A DNA stretch of 64,000 nt from Trueperaceae bacterium. Its GTDB lineage: Bacteria > Deinococcota > Deinococci > Deinococcales > Trueperaceae. Made by a program: the position numbers and the translations under genes. The stretch spans positions 3,040,001 through 3,104,000 of the forward strand of contig CBDCDZ010000004.1 in assembly GCA_965215565.1 (NCBI GenBank), in the 5' to 3' direction. The notes beneath the pieces were generated by a model that saw only the letters and a program-made list of their open reading frames with translations, was not told the DNA's origin and did not search any database. The first letter of the stretch is position 1. Each line of letters opens with the position of its first letter. This document shows positions 21,350 through 30,994 of this stretch, piece after piece.

Positions 21350-21379
21350 CATGAGTCATTGAGACTTCAATGACTCATG
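21350..21379. promoter_or_regulatory. Perfect 13-bp inverted repeat upstream of acuB-acuC
   Basis: CATGAGTCATTGA-GACT-TCAATGACTCATG. Confidence 0.5.
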
Positions 21380-21521
21380 GAAATGCTATCAACCTGCCGA
21401 CTTCATCTCCGTACAAGCCTGGAGCGTAGGTACCAAATGCGTTACCATAGGCGCATCAAACAGCGTTTTTAGCGGGGAGGTCACCTTACGTGGCAATGTA
21501 TATAGACAAATGGGAGGCAAG

Positions 21522-22220
21522 ATGCTCATCCAGGAAATCATGACCAAAGAAGTCGTCGCTATCGGACCGGAGATGCCCATCGGCGACGTTCACGTGTTGA
21601 TGGAGCAGCGTAATATTCGCCACTTTCCGGTGTTGGAAGCGACGCCGGGTGCCGCCCAAGCGGATTTAGAGTCGCTCATGATGCAACCGGCGGAGCAGGG
21701 CGACGCCAAGCTCGTCGGCATCGTTTCAGACCGCGACATCCGCGCGGTGGGTTCAGAACTGCCGAATGTGGAGCAGGGCGTGACGCTCAAAGACCCGGTG
21801 CGGCGCATCATGGTCTACCCGGTATTAAGTGCGCATCCCTTGGACCCTATCGAGGAGTCCGCGAGCGTCTTGCGGCAGCACAAGATCGGCGCGATGCCCG
21901 TCATGGACGGCGAAGACCTCGTCGGCATCGTGACGAGCACGGACTTTTTGGAGTCGCTTATCAAGATGACGGGCGTGCGGGGCGCGGCGTCTCGCTTAGA
22001 AGTCGAGATAGAGAACCGCCCTGGCGCACTTGCGCGGCTGACCGAAGCGGTGGCGGAGCGCGGGGTCAATATCTCGAGCGTCCTCACCCACGGTAGCGAC
22101 GACGAGATGATCAGCTTCGTGTTGCGGGCGGACACGATCGACGGGCGCGGCTTGGCAAACGCCCTAAAAGAACGCGGCTTTCACGTGCTATGGCCTCCGG
22201 AGAAAGGGCAACACCCATGA
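21522..22220 (+). CDS. acuB: CBS-pair + ACT domain protein (AcuB)
   Basis: IRHFPV, LVGIVSDRDIR, ENRPGAL ACT motif; adjacent to acuC. Confidence 0.85.
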   Translation: MLIQEIMTKEVVAIGPEMPIGDVHVLMEQRNIRHFPVLEATPGAAQADLESLMMQPAEQGDAKLVGIVSDRDIRAVGSELPNVEQGVTLKDPVRRIMVYPVLSAHPLDPIEESASVLRQHKIGAMPVMDGEDLVGIVTSTDFLESLIKMTGVRGAASRLEVEIENRPGALARLTEAVAERGVNISSVLTHGSDDEMISFVLRADTIDGRGLANALKERGFHVLWPPEKGQHP

Positions 22221-23377
22221 ACGAAACCGCCTTCGTCTACAGCCCCCACCTGAGCGACTATCAACTCTCGGAGAGTCACCCCTTTAAGCCGATTCGCCTA
22301 GAACTCACCCGCAGCCTCCTCCATCACGCCGGGCTTCTGAGTGAAGCGCAAGAGGTCCACCCGGAGCCCTTCAGCGAGTCACAACTCCACACGCTGCACG
22401 ACCCGCACTACGTCGAGGTGGTCAAAGCGGTCTCTAAAGGGCGAGACGTCACCGACGCCTACGCGCACGGCTTGGGCACCTCGGATAACCCCATCTTCCC
22501 CGGTATGCACGACGCGATTTTGGGCATCTGCGCCGCGACTGCTACCGCCGTCGACCTCGTCGCCTCGGGTAAGGCGCAGCGGGCCACGAACATCTCGGGC
22601 GGTCTGCACCACGCGATGAGGGGTAAGATGTCAGGCTTTTGCACCTACAACGACCTCGCTCTAGGCATCGAGCAGGCGATTGGGCGTCACGGCGTGCGCG
22701 TCGCGTACATCGACCTTGACGCGCACCACGGTGACGGCGTGCAGTGGATGTTCTACGAACGCGCCGAAGTCATGACGATTTCCATGCACGAGTCGGGGCG
22801 TTACCTCTTTCCGGGGACGGGTCACACCTATGAGATCGGCAAGGATGCGGGGCGAGGCTCGAGCGTCAACATGCCCTTAGAGCCTTTCACCGAAGACGAC
22901 TCTTACTTAGAGTGCTTCGAAGCAGTGGTGCCCCGCGCCCTAAAAGCCTTTGGACCCGACCTCATCGTGTTGCAAGCGGGCGCGGATATGCACTACAACG
23001 ACCCGCTCGCAGACTTAGCCCTCTCCACTAAGGGCATCGGCGAGAGCTACCGCCGCGTGAGCGGGTTAGCCGACGAGTTCTGCGAGGGGCGCTTAGTGGC
23101 GACGGGCGGCGGCGGCTACGACCCCTACCGCACCGTGCCGCGCGTCTGGTCCCTGCTGTGGGGCGCGGTGAGCCGCCAAGAGGTACCCGAAGACGTGCCG
23201 CAAGCCTGGTTGGACCAGTGGCAGAAGCGCAGTTCGAACCCGCTGACTAAGACCTTTCATGACGACCTCTCCCAGTGGGACGAGATGCCGCGCCGCGAGC
23301 AGATCACCTCGCACAACCAAGTGGTGGCGAAGCGGCTACTGAATACGGTGGAGCCGATTTGGGAGGGGGAGGTCTAA
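22217..23377 (+). CDS. acuC: Acetoin utilization protein AcuC / HDAC-family deacetylase
   Basis: GGLHHA, SGFC, DLDAHHGDGVQ, FPGTG, GGGGY. Confidence 0.93.
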   Translation: MNETAFVYSPHLSDYQLSESHPFKPIRLELTRSLLHHAGLLSEAQEVHPEPFSESQLHTLHDPHYVEVVKAVSKGRDVTDAYAHGLGTSDNPIFPGMHDAILGICAATATAVDLVASGKAQRATNISGGLHHAMRGKMSGFCTYNDLALGIEQAIGRHGVRVAYIDLDAHHGDGVQWMFYERAEVMTISMHESGRYLFPGTGHTYEIGKDAGRGSSVNMPLEPFTEDDSYLECFEAVVPRALKAFGPDLIVLQAGADMHYNDPLADLALSTKGIGESYRRVSGLADEFCEGRLVATGGGGYDPYRTVPRVWSLLWGAVSRQEVPEDVPQAWLDQWQKRSSNPLTKTFHDDLSQWDEMPRREQITSHNQVVAKRLLNTVEPIWEGEV

Positions 23378-23489
23378 CAGCAGGTATTGTCTAGTCACGT
23401 ACGCTCTCACTGTAGAGAACATCTGCGAGCACACACGTTCTAAGATAATATCTGCGTCCATCTATTTTAGTGTAGAAGCTGCTAAGGTA

Positions 23490-23560
23490 GTCCAAAGCAA
23501 TGAGCAATGAGTAGAAGCCTTTTACACTCATTGCTCATTGCTTTGGACTCATTGCTACTC
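23490..23560. repeat. Heptamer (GCAATGA) tandem-repeat hairpin
   Basis: 23-bp perfect inverted repeat GTCCAAAGCAATGAGCAATGAGT / ACTCATTGCTCATTGCTTTGGAC. Confidence 0.85.
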
Positions 23561-23594
23561 TCAAACGTTAGTTTGGCATTCAGGAGGTTTTATA

Positions 23595-24473
23595 GTGAAA
23601 GTTGCTTTTATCGGCCTGGGCACGATGGGCGCACCGATGGCGAAGCGCTTAGTCGAGGCGGGCTACAACGTGACGGTGCACAACCGAACACGCGAACGTG
23701 AAGAACCTGTAGCGGAAGCGGGAGCGAAACGCGCCAGCAGCCCCCGAGAAGCCGCCGAAGGTGCAGACCTCATCATTACAATGGTCAGCGACACACCCGA
23801 TGTAGAAGCCGTCATTCTAGGCGACGAAGGCGTCATCCACAGCGTTAAAGCAGGCAGTATCGTCGTGGACATGAGCACCATCAGCCCGAGCGTGACGAGA
23901 GACATCGCCGAAAAGCTCGCCGCGAAGGAGGTCCAAATGCTCGACGCGCCCGTTTCCGGCGGCAGCGAAGGGGCGAAAGAGGGCACGCTCTCGATCATGG
24001 TGGGCGGCAGAGAAGAGGTCTTGGCGCGCGTCCGCGAAGTTTTAGAACATCTTGGCAAGACTATCACGCTCGTCGGTCCAGTCGGCAGCGGTCAGGTGAC
24101 GAAAGCGATTAACCAGGTCATCATCGCGGGAACGTACGCCGCTGTCGCTGAGGGGATGGCGATTGGTTTGGCGGCAGGGCTCGACATCGAAGCGGCGCAT
24201 CAGGCGGTCTCAGGGGGTGCGGCCGGCTCTTGGGTTTTGACGAACCGCGCGAAGAACATGATCGAAAACGAGTACCCGCTCGGCTTTCGCACGCGGCTCC
24301 ACCGGAAGGATCTGGGAATTGCTTTAGAAACGGCGGAGGAATTAGGCGTGGCGATTCCGACGGCGGCGTACGTGGCGCAGCTCGAGACGAGCCTCATGAA
24401 GCGCGGGCTCGGCGATGAGGACGTTTCGAACATCGCGCGAATCGTGCGGGAGCAGGCGGGGTTGGATGGATGA
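23595..24473 (+). CDS. NAD(P)-dependent beta-hydroxyacid dehydrogenase (2-hydroxy-3-oxopropionate reductase/HIBADH family)
   Basis: FIGLGTMGAPMA, DAPVSGG, KAINQ, KDL; GGAGG RBS before GTG. Confidence 0.92.
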   Translation: MKVAFIGLGTMGAPMAKRLVEAGYNVTVHNRTREREEPVAEAGAKRASSPREAAEGADLIITMVSDTPDVEAVILGDEGVIHSVKAGSIVVDMSTISPSVTRDIAEKLAAKEVQMLDAPVSGGSEGAKEGTLSIMVGGREEVLARVREVLEHLGKTITLVGPVGSGQVTKAINQVIIAGTYAAVAEGMAIGLAAGLDIEAAHQAVSGGAAGSWVLTNRAKNMIENEYPLGFRTRLHRKDLGIALETAEELGVAIPTAAYVAQLETSLMKRGLGDEDVSNIARIVREQAGLDG

Positions 24474-24996
24474 GCTTGGGGCGCATTATCTTCAGGATAT
24501 CCAGCGCCGTTTCCGAAGCCTCAAAACTCTCGCTGACGACGCCATCGCCCAAGCAGAAAGTGACTTCTTCACGGTTTTAGGGAGCGAAGACAACAGTGTC
24601 GCCGTTATCGTCAAACATGTGAGCGGCAACATGAGGTCTCGGTGGCGCAACTTCTTGACGAGCGACGGTGAAAAGGCGGAGCGTGATAGAGACCTCGAGT
24701 TTGTCATTCAGGAGTCCAAAGAGGTGTTGTTAGAAGCGTGGGAGAGGGGCTGGGCAACACTTTTCGGGGCGCTGGAAGGCTTGGAACCTCATCACCTCTT
24801 GCAGCATGTCACCATTCGCGGCGAAGCGCACACCGTGTTAGAGGCCGTCAACCGCCAGCTCAGCCACTACGCCTACCACGTGGGGCAAATCGTCTTTTTA
24901 GCAAAGCATCTTTGCGGCGCGGCGTGGCGCTCCTTGAGCATTCCGAAAGGGGAATCAGCGGCGTTCAACCAGACGTTTGCGAAGGGTCAACCTTAG
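24466..24996 (+). CDS. DUF1572 / DinB-like protein
   Basis: NSVAVIVKHVSGNMRSRW..FLTSDGEK..RDRD.EF; HYAYHVGQIV. Confidence 0.85.
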   Translation: MDELGAHYLQDIQRRFRSLKTLADDAIAQAESDFFTVLGSEDNSVAVIVKHVSGNMRSRWRNFLTSDGEKAERDRDLEFVIQESKEVLLEAWERGWATLFGALEGLEPHHLLQHVTIRGEAHTVLEAVNRQLSHYAYHVGQIVFLAKHLCGAAWRSLSIPKGESAAFNQTFAKGQP

Positions 24997-25325
24997 CCGC
25001 GTTGCGCCTCTAAATACCCCATAAACGCCAGCACAGCCCGCCACTCTTCCTCACTCAACCGCTTATCTGCGAGTTCTTTGGGAATATGCGGATAGGGCGA
25101 CGGTTCCGGCATAAGGTAATCCGCTAGCTCCATCAAACGCGAATAAGAGACGCCGAGCACCTCCGCCAACCTCTTTAGCACGCGCGGCGAAGGACTATTG
25201 ACGCCACCACGCTCGAGCTTCTGCAGATACGTCAGTGAAATCTTGGCGGGCTCCGCCACCTCTTGGAGCGTCAGCTCTTTTTGCTTTCTCGCAGCGCGGA
25301 GTTCATGACCGAGTTCTTGGAGCAT
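24993..25325 (-). CDS. XRE family HTH transcriptional regulator
   Basis: LRAARKQKELTLQEVA...YLQKLERG...PSPRVLKRLAEVLGVS. Confidence 0.9.
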   Translation of the reverse strand: MLQELGHELRAARKQKELTLQEVAEPAKISLTYLQKLERGGVNSPSPRVLKRLAEVLGVSYSRLMELADYLMPEPSPYPHIPKELADKRLSEEEWRAVLAFMGYLEAQRG

Positions 25326-25354
25326 TTGACAAAACCACCTCTTCACTCTACTAT

Positions 25355-25385
25355 AACTATAGTTTAACAAATTTACTATAGTTTA
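25355..25385. promoter_or_regulatory. Paired palindromic operator candidates (ACTATAGT) between XRE regulator and thioesterase
   Basis: AACTATAGTT 25355-25364; ACTATAGTTTA repeated at 25356 and 25375. Confidence 0.6.
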
Positions 25386-25399
25386 GAAAGGGGTCCGAG

Positions 25400-26629
25400 A
25401 TGGTGAGGTTTGAAAATCTTCCGCGAGACGCTAGGGTAGACGCACCTCTTTGGGGTCAACTTGTCGGCTTGCCGCCTGGCTCTACCGTTCGGGTTGAGGC
25501 GGCGATGCAAGACGATGTCGGGCAATCGTGGCGGAGTCACGCACTTTACGAAGCGTCCTCGGCAGGAACCGTAGACCTCGCTGCCGCGCAGCCTCTCCGA
25601 GCAGCTTGGTCAGGCTCCGATGCCTACGGTTTGTACTGGTCGATGAAGCCCCAAGACGAACCCACGTCGCCCTTCTCAGCCTATTCGGGGAGCGTATTTC
25701 AGGAGGAGCTTGAGGTCACACTCACCGCCAGTTTAGAGGGTCAAGAGGTCGCTAAGGAACGTATCAAGCGCCACTTCCTCTTTCGCTGTACGCGAGAGAT
25801 GTGGCGGGGTGACGTCACCGCCAACCTCTTCTTGCCCATTTACCCTGATGTTACCCAAGGCGTGCTCGTCATTGGCGGCTCGGTGGGTGGCTTCGCGTGG
25901 TCGAATCAGGTGGCGTCCCTCATCGCCGCGTCAGGGCGAGCGGCTCTGGCGGTGGCTTACTTCGACTGGCGAGGTGAGTTCGGCTTGCCGACGAGCTTGA
26001 CGGAGATTCCCTTGGAGGTGTTCGCGAGCGCGCTAGATAAGTTGAAGGCGCATCCCCAAGTCCTTACCGATGACCCCGCCGTCGTCGGCTTTTCCAAGGG
26101 CGCAGAAGCCGCACTTCTCCTCGCCACCAAACGAGACGACATCCGCAAAGTGGTGGCTTATGCGCCGAGCGCTTACGTCTGGGAGGCGGCGCGAATGAGC
26201 CAGGATGAGAAGGCGAAGTCATCGTGGACGTGGCAGGGTGAGCCACTACCCTTCGCGCGGTTTGACGCGGACGAAGACTTCTACAGGACGTTCGATAAGA
26301 CGAAACTCAGGGCGTTTCATGAACGCGCTTTAGAGGATGAAGAGGTCAGGCGGCGAGCGCGTGTTCCTGTCGAGCAAACCAACGCGCAGATTCTACTGCT
26401 CTCAGGGGCGGAGGACGGAACGTGGCACGCAGACGCTATGTCTGACGCCATTGCTAAAAGGTTCGAAGAGGTCGGCAGAGCCTCACAGGTCCGACACCTC
26501 TTCTTTGAAAACGTAGGACATTCATTTTTCATACCGGGGCTTCCCGCTGACCACGTGGATGGTCTACGGGAAGCCAATGCGCAAGCCGACAGAAAGGCGT
26601 GGGGCGCGTTGCGCAAACAGGTTACGTGA
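25400..26629 (+). CDS. Acyl-CoA thioesterase/BAAT family hydrolase
   Basis: W.SHA.Y...GTVDL, GLYWSM N-domain; GFSKGAE nucleophile; GAEDGTW; GH. Confidence 0.88.
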   Translation: MVRFENLPRDARVDAPLWGQLVGLPPGSTVRVEAAMQDDVGQSWRSHALYEASSAGTVDLAAAQPLRAAWSGSDAYGLYWSMKPQDEPTSPFSAYSGSVFQEELEVTLTASLEGQEVAKERIKRHFLFRCTREMWRGDVTANLFLPIYPDVTQGVLVIGGSVGGFAWSNQVASLIAASGRAALAVAYFDWRGEFGLPTSLTEIPLEVFASALDKLKAHPQVLTDDPAVVGFSKGAEAALLLATKRDDIRKVVAYAPSAYVWEAARMSQDEKAKSSWTWQGEPLPFARFDADEDFYRTFDKTKLRAFHERALEDEEVRRRARVPVEQTNAQILLLSGAEDGTWHADAMSDAIAKRFEEVGRASQVRHLFFENVGHSFFIPGLPADHVDGLREANAQADRKAWGALRKQVT

Positions 26630-26681
26630 AGATTCTTCCTCGAGCCGTTCTATGCTCTCTGCCAAGAGTGCACTTGCACTG

Positions 26682-28565
26682 CTAAAAATGCAACGTCTGC
26701 GCCGCTTCGTCTTGGAGGTGGACCGCCGCGAACTCGCCCGCCGCTAACGCGCAGAGTAGCGTGCCTCCCGGTACCTCGAAGAGTGCGTAGTCGCTGAGCG
26801 CACCGAGGGGCGCGCCCGGCATCATCACCACGGCGCTCTCCGGCGCACCCGACGGGCGATCGTGATAGCGGCGCACGCTGAGCGGCTGCCCCGCAACGCG
26901 GAGGTTGAGCGGTTCATCCAGAAGTTGGCGGCGCGTCCCTTTCAGCGACTCGATCAGGTCGTCGTCGGGGGAGGTGACGGCGAGGTGCAGGTGCTGGAGG
27001 AAAATCTCTCGCGCCGAGCCTGCGAAAGGAGTACCGCTCGCTTTGGCGGCGCTCGCACAGAGCCCTTCCAACGCTCGGCGCTTGTCCGGCGCTTGCGCGA
27101 CCAACCGTCCGAGCCGTGTCAAGGCGCGCTTGGCGGTTTCTTGAGGCTCACCTGCTTGACTGCCCACCGCCGTTTTCAAGAGGTCTAAAAACCCTAGGCG
27201 CAGCGTCGTATGAACGGCTAAAGCCTCGGCAATAAGTGCGGACAAGGAGCGCACGTCGTCGCGCACGTCTAAATAGAGGTAGTCCTCCTCTAAAAATGCC
27301 GCGACGCGCTTGCCTTTTTCGCGTAGCTGAACGGCGTCAGCAAAAGACCTCTCTTCGCCTTCCAAGACGAGCGTCCACGCTTGAGGTGAGCCAATGATCG
27401 CAACGTCCACCCCCGCGAGCGAGAAGCGCATCGGTCCTTTGAGCCGCAGCGTTAGCGCGGTTGCGCTACGCGGAATCGCCGTCAAGTTGAGCGCTGAATT
27501 CTCCGCGAATAGCACGCCGCCTGGCAGCCTCGGCTCAGGTGCCGCGCCGCCGATACGTTTGGGCAAAAGCTGCTCTAGCTGCGCGAAGAACATCTCGGCG
27601 GACCGGGCGAACGCCTCGGTGTCGCGTTCGAACATGGAACGCTGCGAACGTTCACGCTCCCACGCGGCTTGCAAGCGGGCTTCTAGGGCGCTACGCTGCG
27701 CCGAGCGCTCGGCGTCGGAGAGCGGTTCGCGGCTCAAGGCTTGAATCATCTGCCGGAGTTGCTGCGCGTCTACATCGTGGCTCGGCAGCGAGCTTAGCCG
27801 CCCCGCATAAGGATTGCGGGCGACGGCTAAGGTGAAGCGGCGCAAGTAGGCGAGCGTTTGCGCTTCGTCAAGCTCGAGCTTCCGGTAGGGGCTTTTAGGC
27901 GCTTTGAAGCTCAGCGCGGTCTCGGCGAATTCGCGCAAAAGCTCCGTCACGCTTCCCACATCGTTGAATGAATACAGAGGGTCAGAGCGCTCTAAGACCG
28001 CCTCTTGGACCTCGAAGTGAACGAGCGTAGGATCGTGGGCGAACGTCTTGGTCTGCGCGTAGCGCGTGAGGTTGCGAAGTGCCCCGTAGAGGAGGCGCAC
28101 CGTGTAGCGCTCACGCTCGGCGCGGTACGTCGCCGCGAGACGCCCCAACGTCCGCTCTACCCCCGCCCACCAAACGCGCTGCGCTAAACGTTTCAAAACG
28201 CGCTGCTCTTCGCGTTCAGCCGGGCTCAGCAGGATGTCCGCTTCACTCGCGAGCACCTGCTTAGCCGCCTCTTCTGCGATGGAGGTGCCCAGCTCCAACT
28301 GATCGAAAGAGAGGTCGAAGGTGACGTCGTCCGCTTCGTCAGAAGTAATCTCCAGCGCCGCTTCAATTACGCCGAGCCGCGCCAATTCCTGGCTCGCCGT
28401 TGCGAACCGCTCTCGCGCCTCGGCGCTCAGCTCCCCCCGAAACTGCGTCAGGTGGCTGTGGAGCGGGGCGACGCTCTGCGCCCCGCCCGTCGGCTCGTAA
28501 CCGGCGACGAGGTCACCTATTTTATATTCGAGAAGCTCGAGCGCCACCATCTCAGGTCTAAGCAT
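26682..28565 (-). CDS. Hypothetical protein (627 aa)
   Basis: Long ORF; TATACT box 7 nt before ATG; no recognised motif. Confidence 0.75.
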   Translation of the reverse strand: MLRPEMVALELLEYKIGDLVAGYEPTGGAQSVAPLHSHLTQFRGELSAEARERFATASQELARLGVIEAALEITSDEADDVTFDLSFDQLELGTSIAEEAAKQVLASEADILLSPAEREEQRVLKRLAQRVWWAGVERTLGRLAATYRAERERYTVRLLYGALRNLTRYAQTKTFAHDPTLVHFEVQEAVLERSDPLYSFNDVGSVTELLREFAETALSFKAPKSPYRKLELDEAQTLAYLRRFTLAVARNPYAGRLSSLPSHDVDAQQLRQMIQALSREPLSDAERSAQRSALEARLQAAWERERSQRSMFERDTEAFARSAEMFFAQLEQLLPKRIGGAAPEPRLPGGVLFAENSALNLTAIPRSATALTLRLKGPMRFSLAGVDVAIIGSPQAWTLVLEGEERSFADAVQLREKGKRVAAFLEEDYLYLDVRDDVRSLSALIAEALAVHTTLRLGFLDLLKTAVGSQAGEPQETAKRALTRLGRLVAQAPDKRRALEGLCASAAKASGTPFAGSAREIFLQHLHLAVTSPDDDLIESLKGTRRQLLDEPLNLRVAGQPLSVRRYHDRPSGAPESAVVMMPGAPLGALSDYALFEVPGGTLLCALAAGEFAAVHLQDEAAQTLHF

Positions 28566-28663
28566 AACTTCGAGTATAGAGACTCCGTTCCTCTATGAGA
28601 GTGACCTCTCTAATATGCACTCCACCTCTTCTGCGCGGAGTAAGAAAACTCATTCAGAACGGG

Positions 28664-29719
28664 TCAGACAAGGTTGTCTAGTGCCCCTTTGAGCACCTTG
28701 ATCGCCCGCTCGTATTCCCATAGCGAAAGATATTCACGCGGCGTGTGGTCGAGCGCCGAGTCGCCCGGACCGTACGCCAACATCGGCACGTTCCAGCGCG
28801 GCGCGACCACGTTCATGTCCGACGTGCCCGTTTTAAGCTTGAGGCGCGGCTTGCCCTCTCGGGAGCGTATCGCCGTGCGAAACGCTCTCGTAAGCGGTGT
28901 ATCTTTTGGGCTGCGGTAAGGGACTTCAGAACCGAGAAAGGCCAGGTCCGCGCGGCTCTCAGCCAAAAGGTCCTCCAAGCTCTCCTTAGCCTCTTGTGGC
29001 GGTAACGCAGGCGGCAACCGCAACCCGATGACCCCTTGCGAACGCTGCTCGAGCCCGTCACTCTCACTGCTGATACTTTGCAGCGCCACCTGAACCTGAT
29101 CGAAAATACCTTTGGTATCAGCGTTATATCCGTCCGCCCAAGTCTTGACCTGCTGCCAGCACACGACTAAATCCTCAGCCGCCGTGGTGCCCTCACCCGC
29201 GCTATGAAAGTTCTCTTTTTCCACCTTGAGTTTGAGGACAAGCCGCCCCTTATACCCGAGCGTCACTGCGTCCCAGCCGCTTGGCTCACCGATGATGATG
29301 AGGTCAGGTTTGGGGTAGTTTTGCAGCGCAAACCGCGCCCCCTTGCTGGACGCGACCTCTTCTTCTACCGCGCCGATGAGCGTGAAGGTCAGTTTCTCCA
29401 GGACCTCTTCACTGAGTAGAGAGGCTGCGGCGACTGCTGTACAAAAGGGTCCTTTCGCGTCCACCGAGCCCCGCCCGTAGAGCTTGCCCTCTTTCGTTTC
29501 GACGGGAATCTCACCCGGTACAGTGTCGATATGCCCTAAAAACGTGACGCTGAGGGGTCCGTGTCCGACTCGAGCAACTGCATTACCTGCCTCATCCACA
29601 AACGCCTCTCTTGCGAAGGTGCGCATCTGCGAGACGAGATACGCGGCAACCTCTCCCTCAGAGCCTGAGACGCTGGGGATGGCGATAGTTTGTCTGAGGA
29701 GCCTAGTCGGGTTGAGCAT
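28664..29719 (-). CDS. lysK: [LysW]-lysine hydrolase (M20)
   Basis: [46 protein letters not shown]. Confidence 0.93.
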   Translation of the reverse strand: MLNPTRLLRQTIAIPSVSGSEGEVAAYLVSQMRTFAREAFVDEAGNAVARVGHGPLSVTFLGHIDTVPGEIPVETKEGKLYGRGSVDAKGPFCTAVAAASLLSEEVLEKLTFTLIGAVEEEVASSKGARFALQNYPKPDLIIIGEPSGWDAVTLGYKGRLVLKLKVEKENFHSAGEGTTAAEDLVVCWQQVKTWADGYNADTKGIFDQVQVALQSISSESDGLEQRSQGVIGLRLPPALPPQEAKESLEDLLAESRADLAFLGSEVPYRSPKDTPLTRAFRTAIRSREGKPRLKLKTGTSDMNVVAPRWNVPMLAYGPGDSALDHTPREYLSLWEYERAIKVLKGALDNLV

Positions 29720-29758
29720 GAAGCGATGCTAACCCATTAGATTGTAAAGAAGCTCGAG

Positions 29759-30082
29759 CTACTGCGTGACATGCGTTGCAACACCAGCTTTCGCATTACG
29801 CACCGTTTGGTTGACTTTCGGCATTATTTTAGAAACGACCACAAAGGCGTTGCTGTAAGCACGAATGACGACAACTGCTAAATCCAAAACGCCGAGGTTT
29901 TGCTGATGCTCTAAATTTCTGTCCATCGTCACAAAGACATCAAACTCTCTCGCGGCTGAACGAAGGAGTTCACCATTTTGTTTACCCTTCCATCCTCTCT
30001 CGGCAACCGTGATAACTTCAAAGTCGTCGTCAAAGAGGGCTTTAAGCGCTTGGTCTATATTTTCGTCAAGCAGCAGCTTCAT
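29759..30082 (-). CDS. DUF5615 PIN-like toxin
   Basis: MKLLLDEN, GW.GK.NGELL, VFVTMDRNL..QQN. Confidence 0.85.
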   Translation of the reverse strand: MKLLLDENIDQALKALFDDDFEVITVAERGWKGKQNGELLRSAAREFDVFVTMDRNLEHQQNLGVLDLAVVVIRAYSNAFVVVSKIMPKVNQTVRNAKAGVATHVTQ

Positions 30083-30290
30083 GCTGCGACTTTATAGACT
30101 CTAACGCTTCTTGCAAAAAGGCTTCTGCTTGTTCGCGTGTTACGGTTGGGAAACCCTCTAAAAACCGTTCTAACGTCTCGCCTGCTTTGAGGTAATCAAT
30201 GAGGATGTCTACTGGTACCCTCGTGCCTGCAAAGACGAGTGCACCGCTCATGATGTTTGGGTTTTGAGACGTGGTTTGCATAATCTCCAC
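30066..30290 (-). CDS. DUF433 antitoxin
   Basis: PNIMSGALVFAGTRVPV..L..G.TLE.FLEGFPTVTREQ. Confidence 0.9.
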   Translation of the reverse strand: MEIMQTTSQNPNIMSGALVFAGTRVPVDILIDYLKAGETLERFLEGFPTVTREQAEAFLQEALESIKSQHEAAA

Positions 30291-30334
30291 CTCGTTTAGC
30301 CAGTCTACTTTAATACGTGAAATATCGTCTACAG

Positions 30335-30931
30335 TTATGTATCGTCTGCGCGCCGCTGGACAGTCACATTTTCTCTAAACTGCCTCCCGAGTTTTGAACG
30401 AAGTGCTGGAACTTCATTTTTCATCGTCTGATGAGCTTCGCTCCAAAGCTCGAGTCCACGACTTTGATCAGGATGCTTAATGCTCAATTTGTACTTCTTG
30501 ACAACATCTTCCATAATCTCAAGTGTAGACTCTATGCTTTTGCACAAGTCGCTGGAAAAATAAATTTTATGCTTCCAATAGTATCCAGAGAGCTGATTGA
30601 AAGTATCCTTCGCTTGCTTTTGCCTTTCAACCTCTTCTTCATTTCCACCCCTTTGAAGAGGATCAACCATATGACCAATGTATTCATATGGGTCATGCAA
30701 CAACTCAAAAGTACGACCTACAACTTCAAATCTCTTTTGATGAAATGAAGAATAACGAGTTTGGTGCTCAAAAAGCTCTGTTTTGACACCTTCTATTCTG
30801 CGCGTAATTTCTTCAATATCTTCTTTAGTGGCGAGATTTTTGCCTTTTTCACTTACATATGAACGGAAGAATGTTTCTACTCCAAGCCAGAGCAGAATCA
30901 GAACGTCAAGAATTAAATCAGCAATTTCCAA
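30335..30931 (-). CDS. AT-rich hypothetical protein with N-terminal TM anchor
   Basis: Hydrophobic N-terminus then YVSEKGKNLATKEDIEEIT; lower GC than flanks. Confidence 0.7.
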   Translation of the reverse strand: MEIADLILDVLILLWLGVETFFRSYVSEKGKNLATKEDIEEITRRIEGVKTELFEHQTRYSSFHQKRFEVVGRTFELLHDPYEYIGHMVDPLQRGGNEEEVERQKQAKDTFNQLSGYYWKHKIYFSSDLCKSIESTLEIMEDVVKKYKLSIKHPDQSRGLELWSEAHQTMKNEVPALRSKLGRQFRENVTVQRRADDT

Positions 30932-30994
30932 GTCAACCTCTCAGAAAATAGCATTTAGTCAAATCAACTGAGAAGTTTATTTACGTGCTAACTC

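Noticed and set aside
23490..23560. CRISPR array
   Set aside because: 7-nt tandem units in inverted arrangement; no spacers and no cas genes
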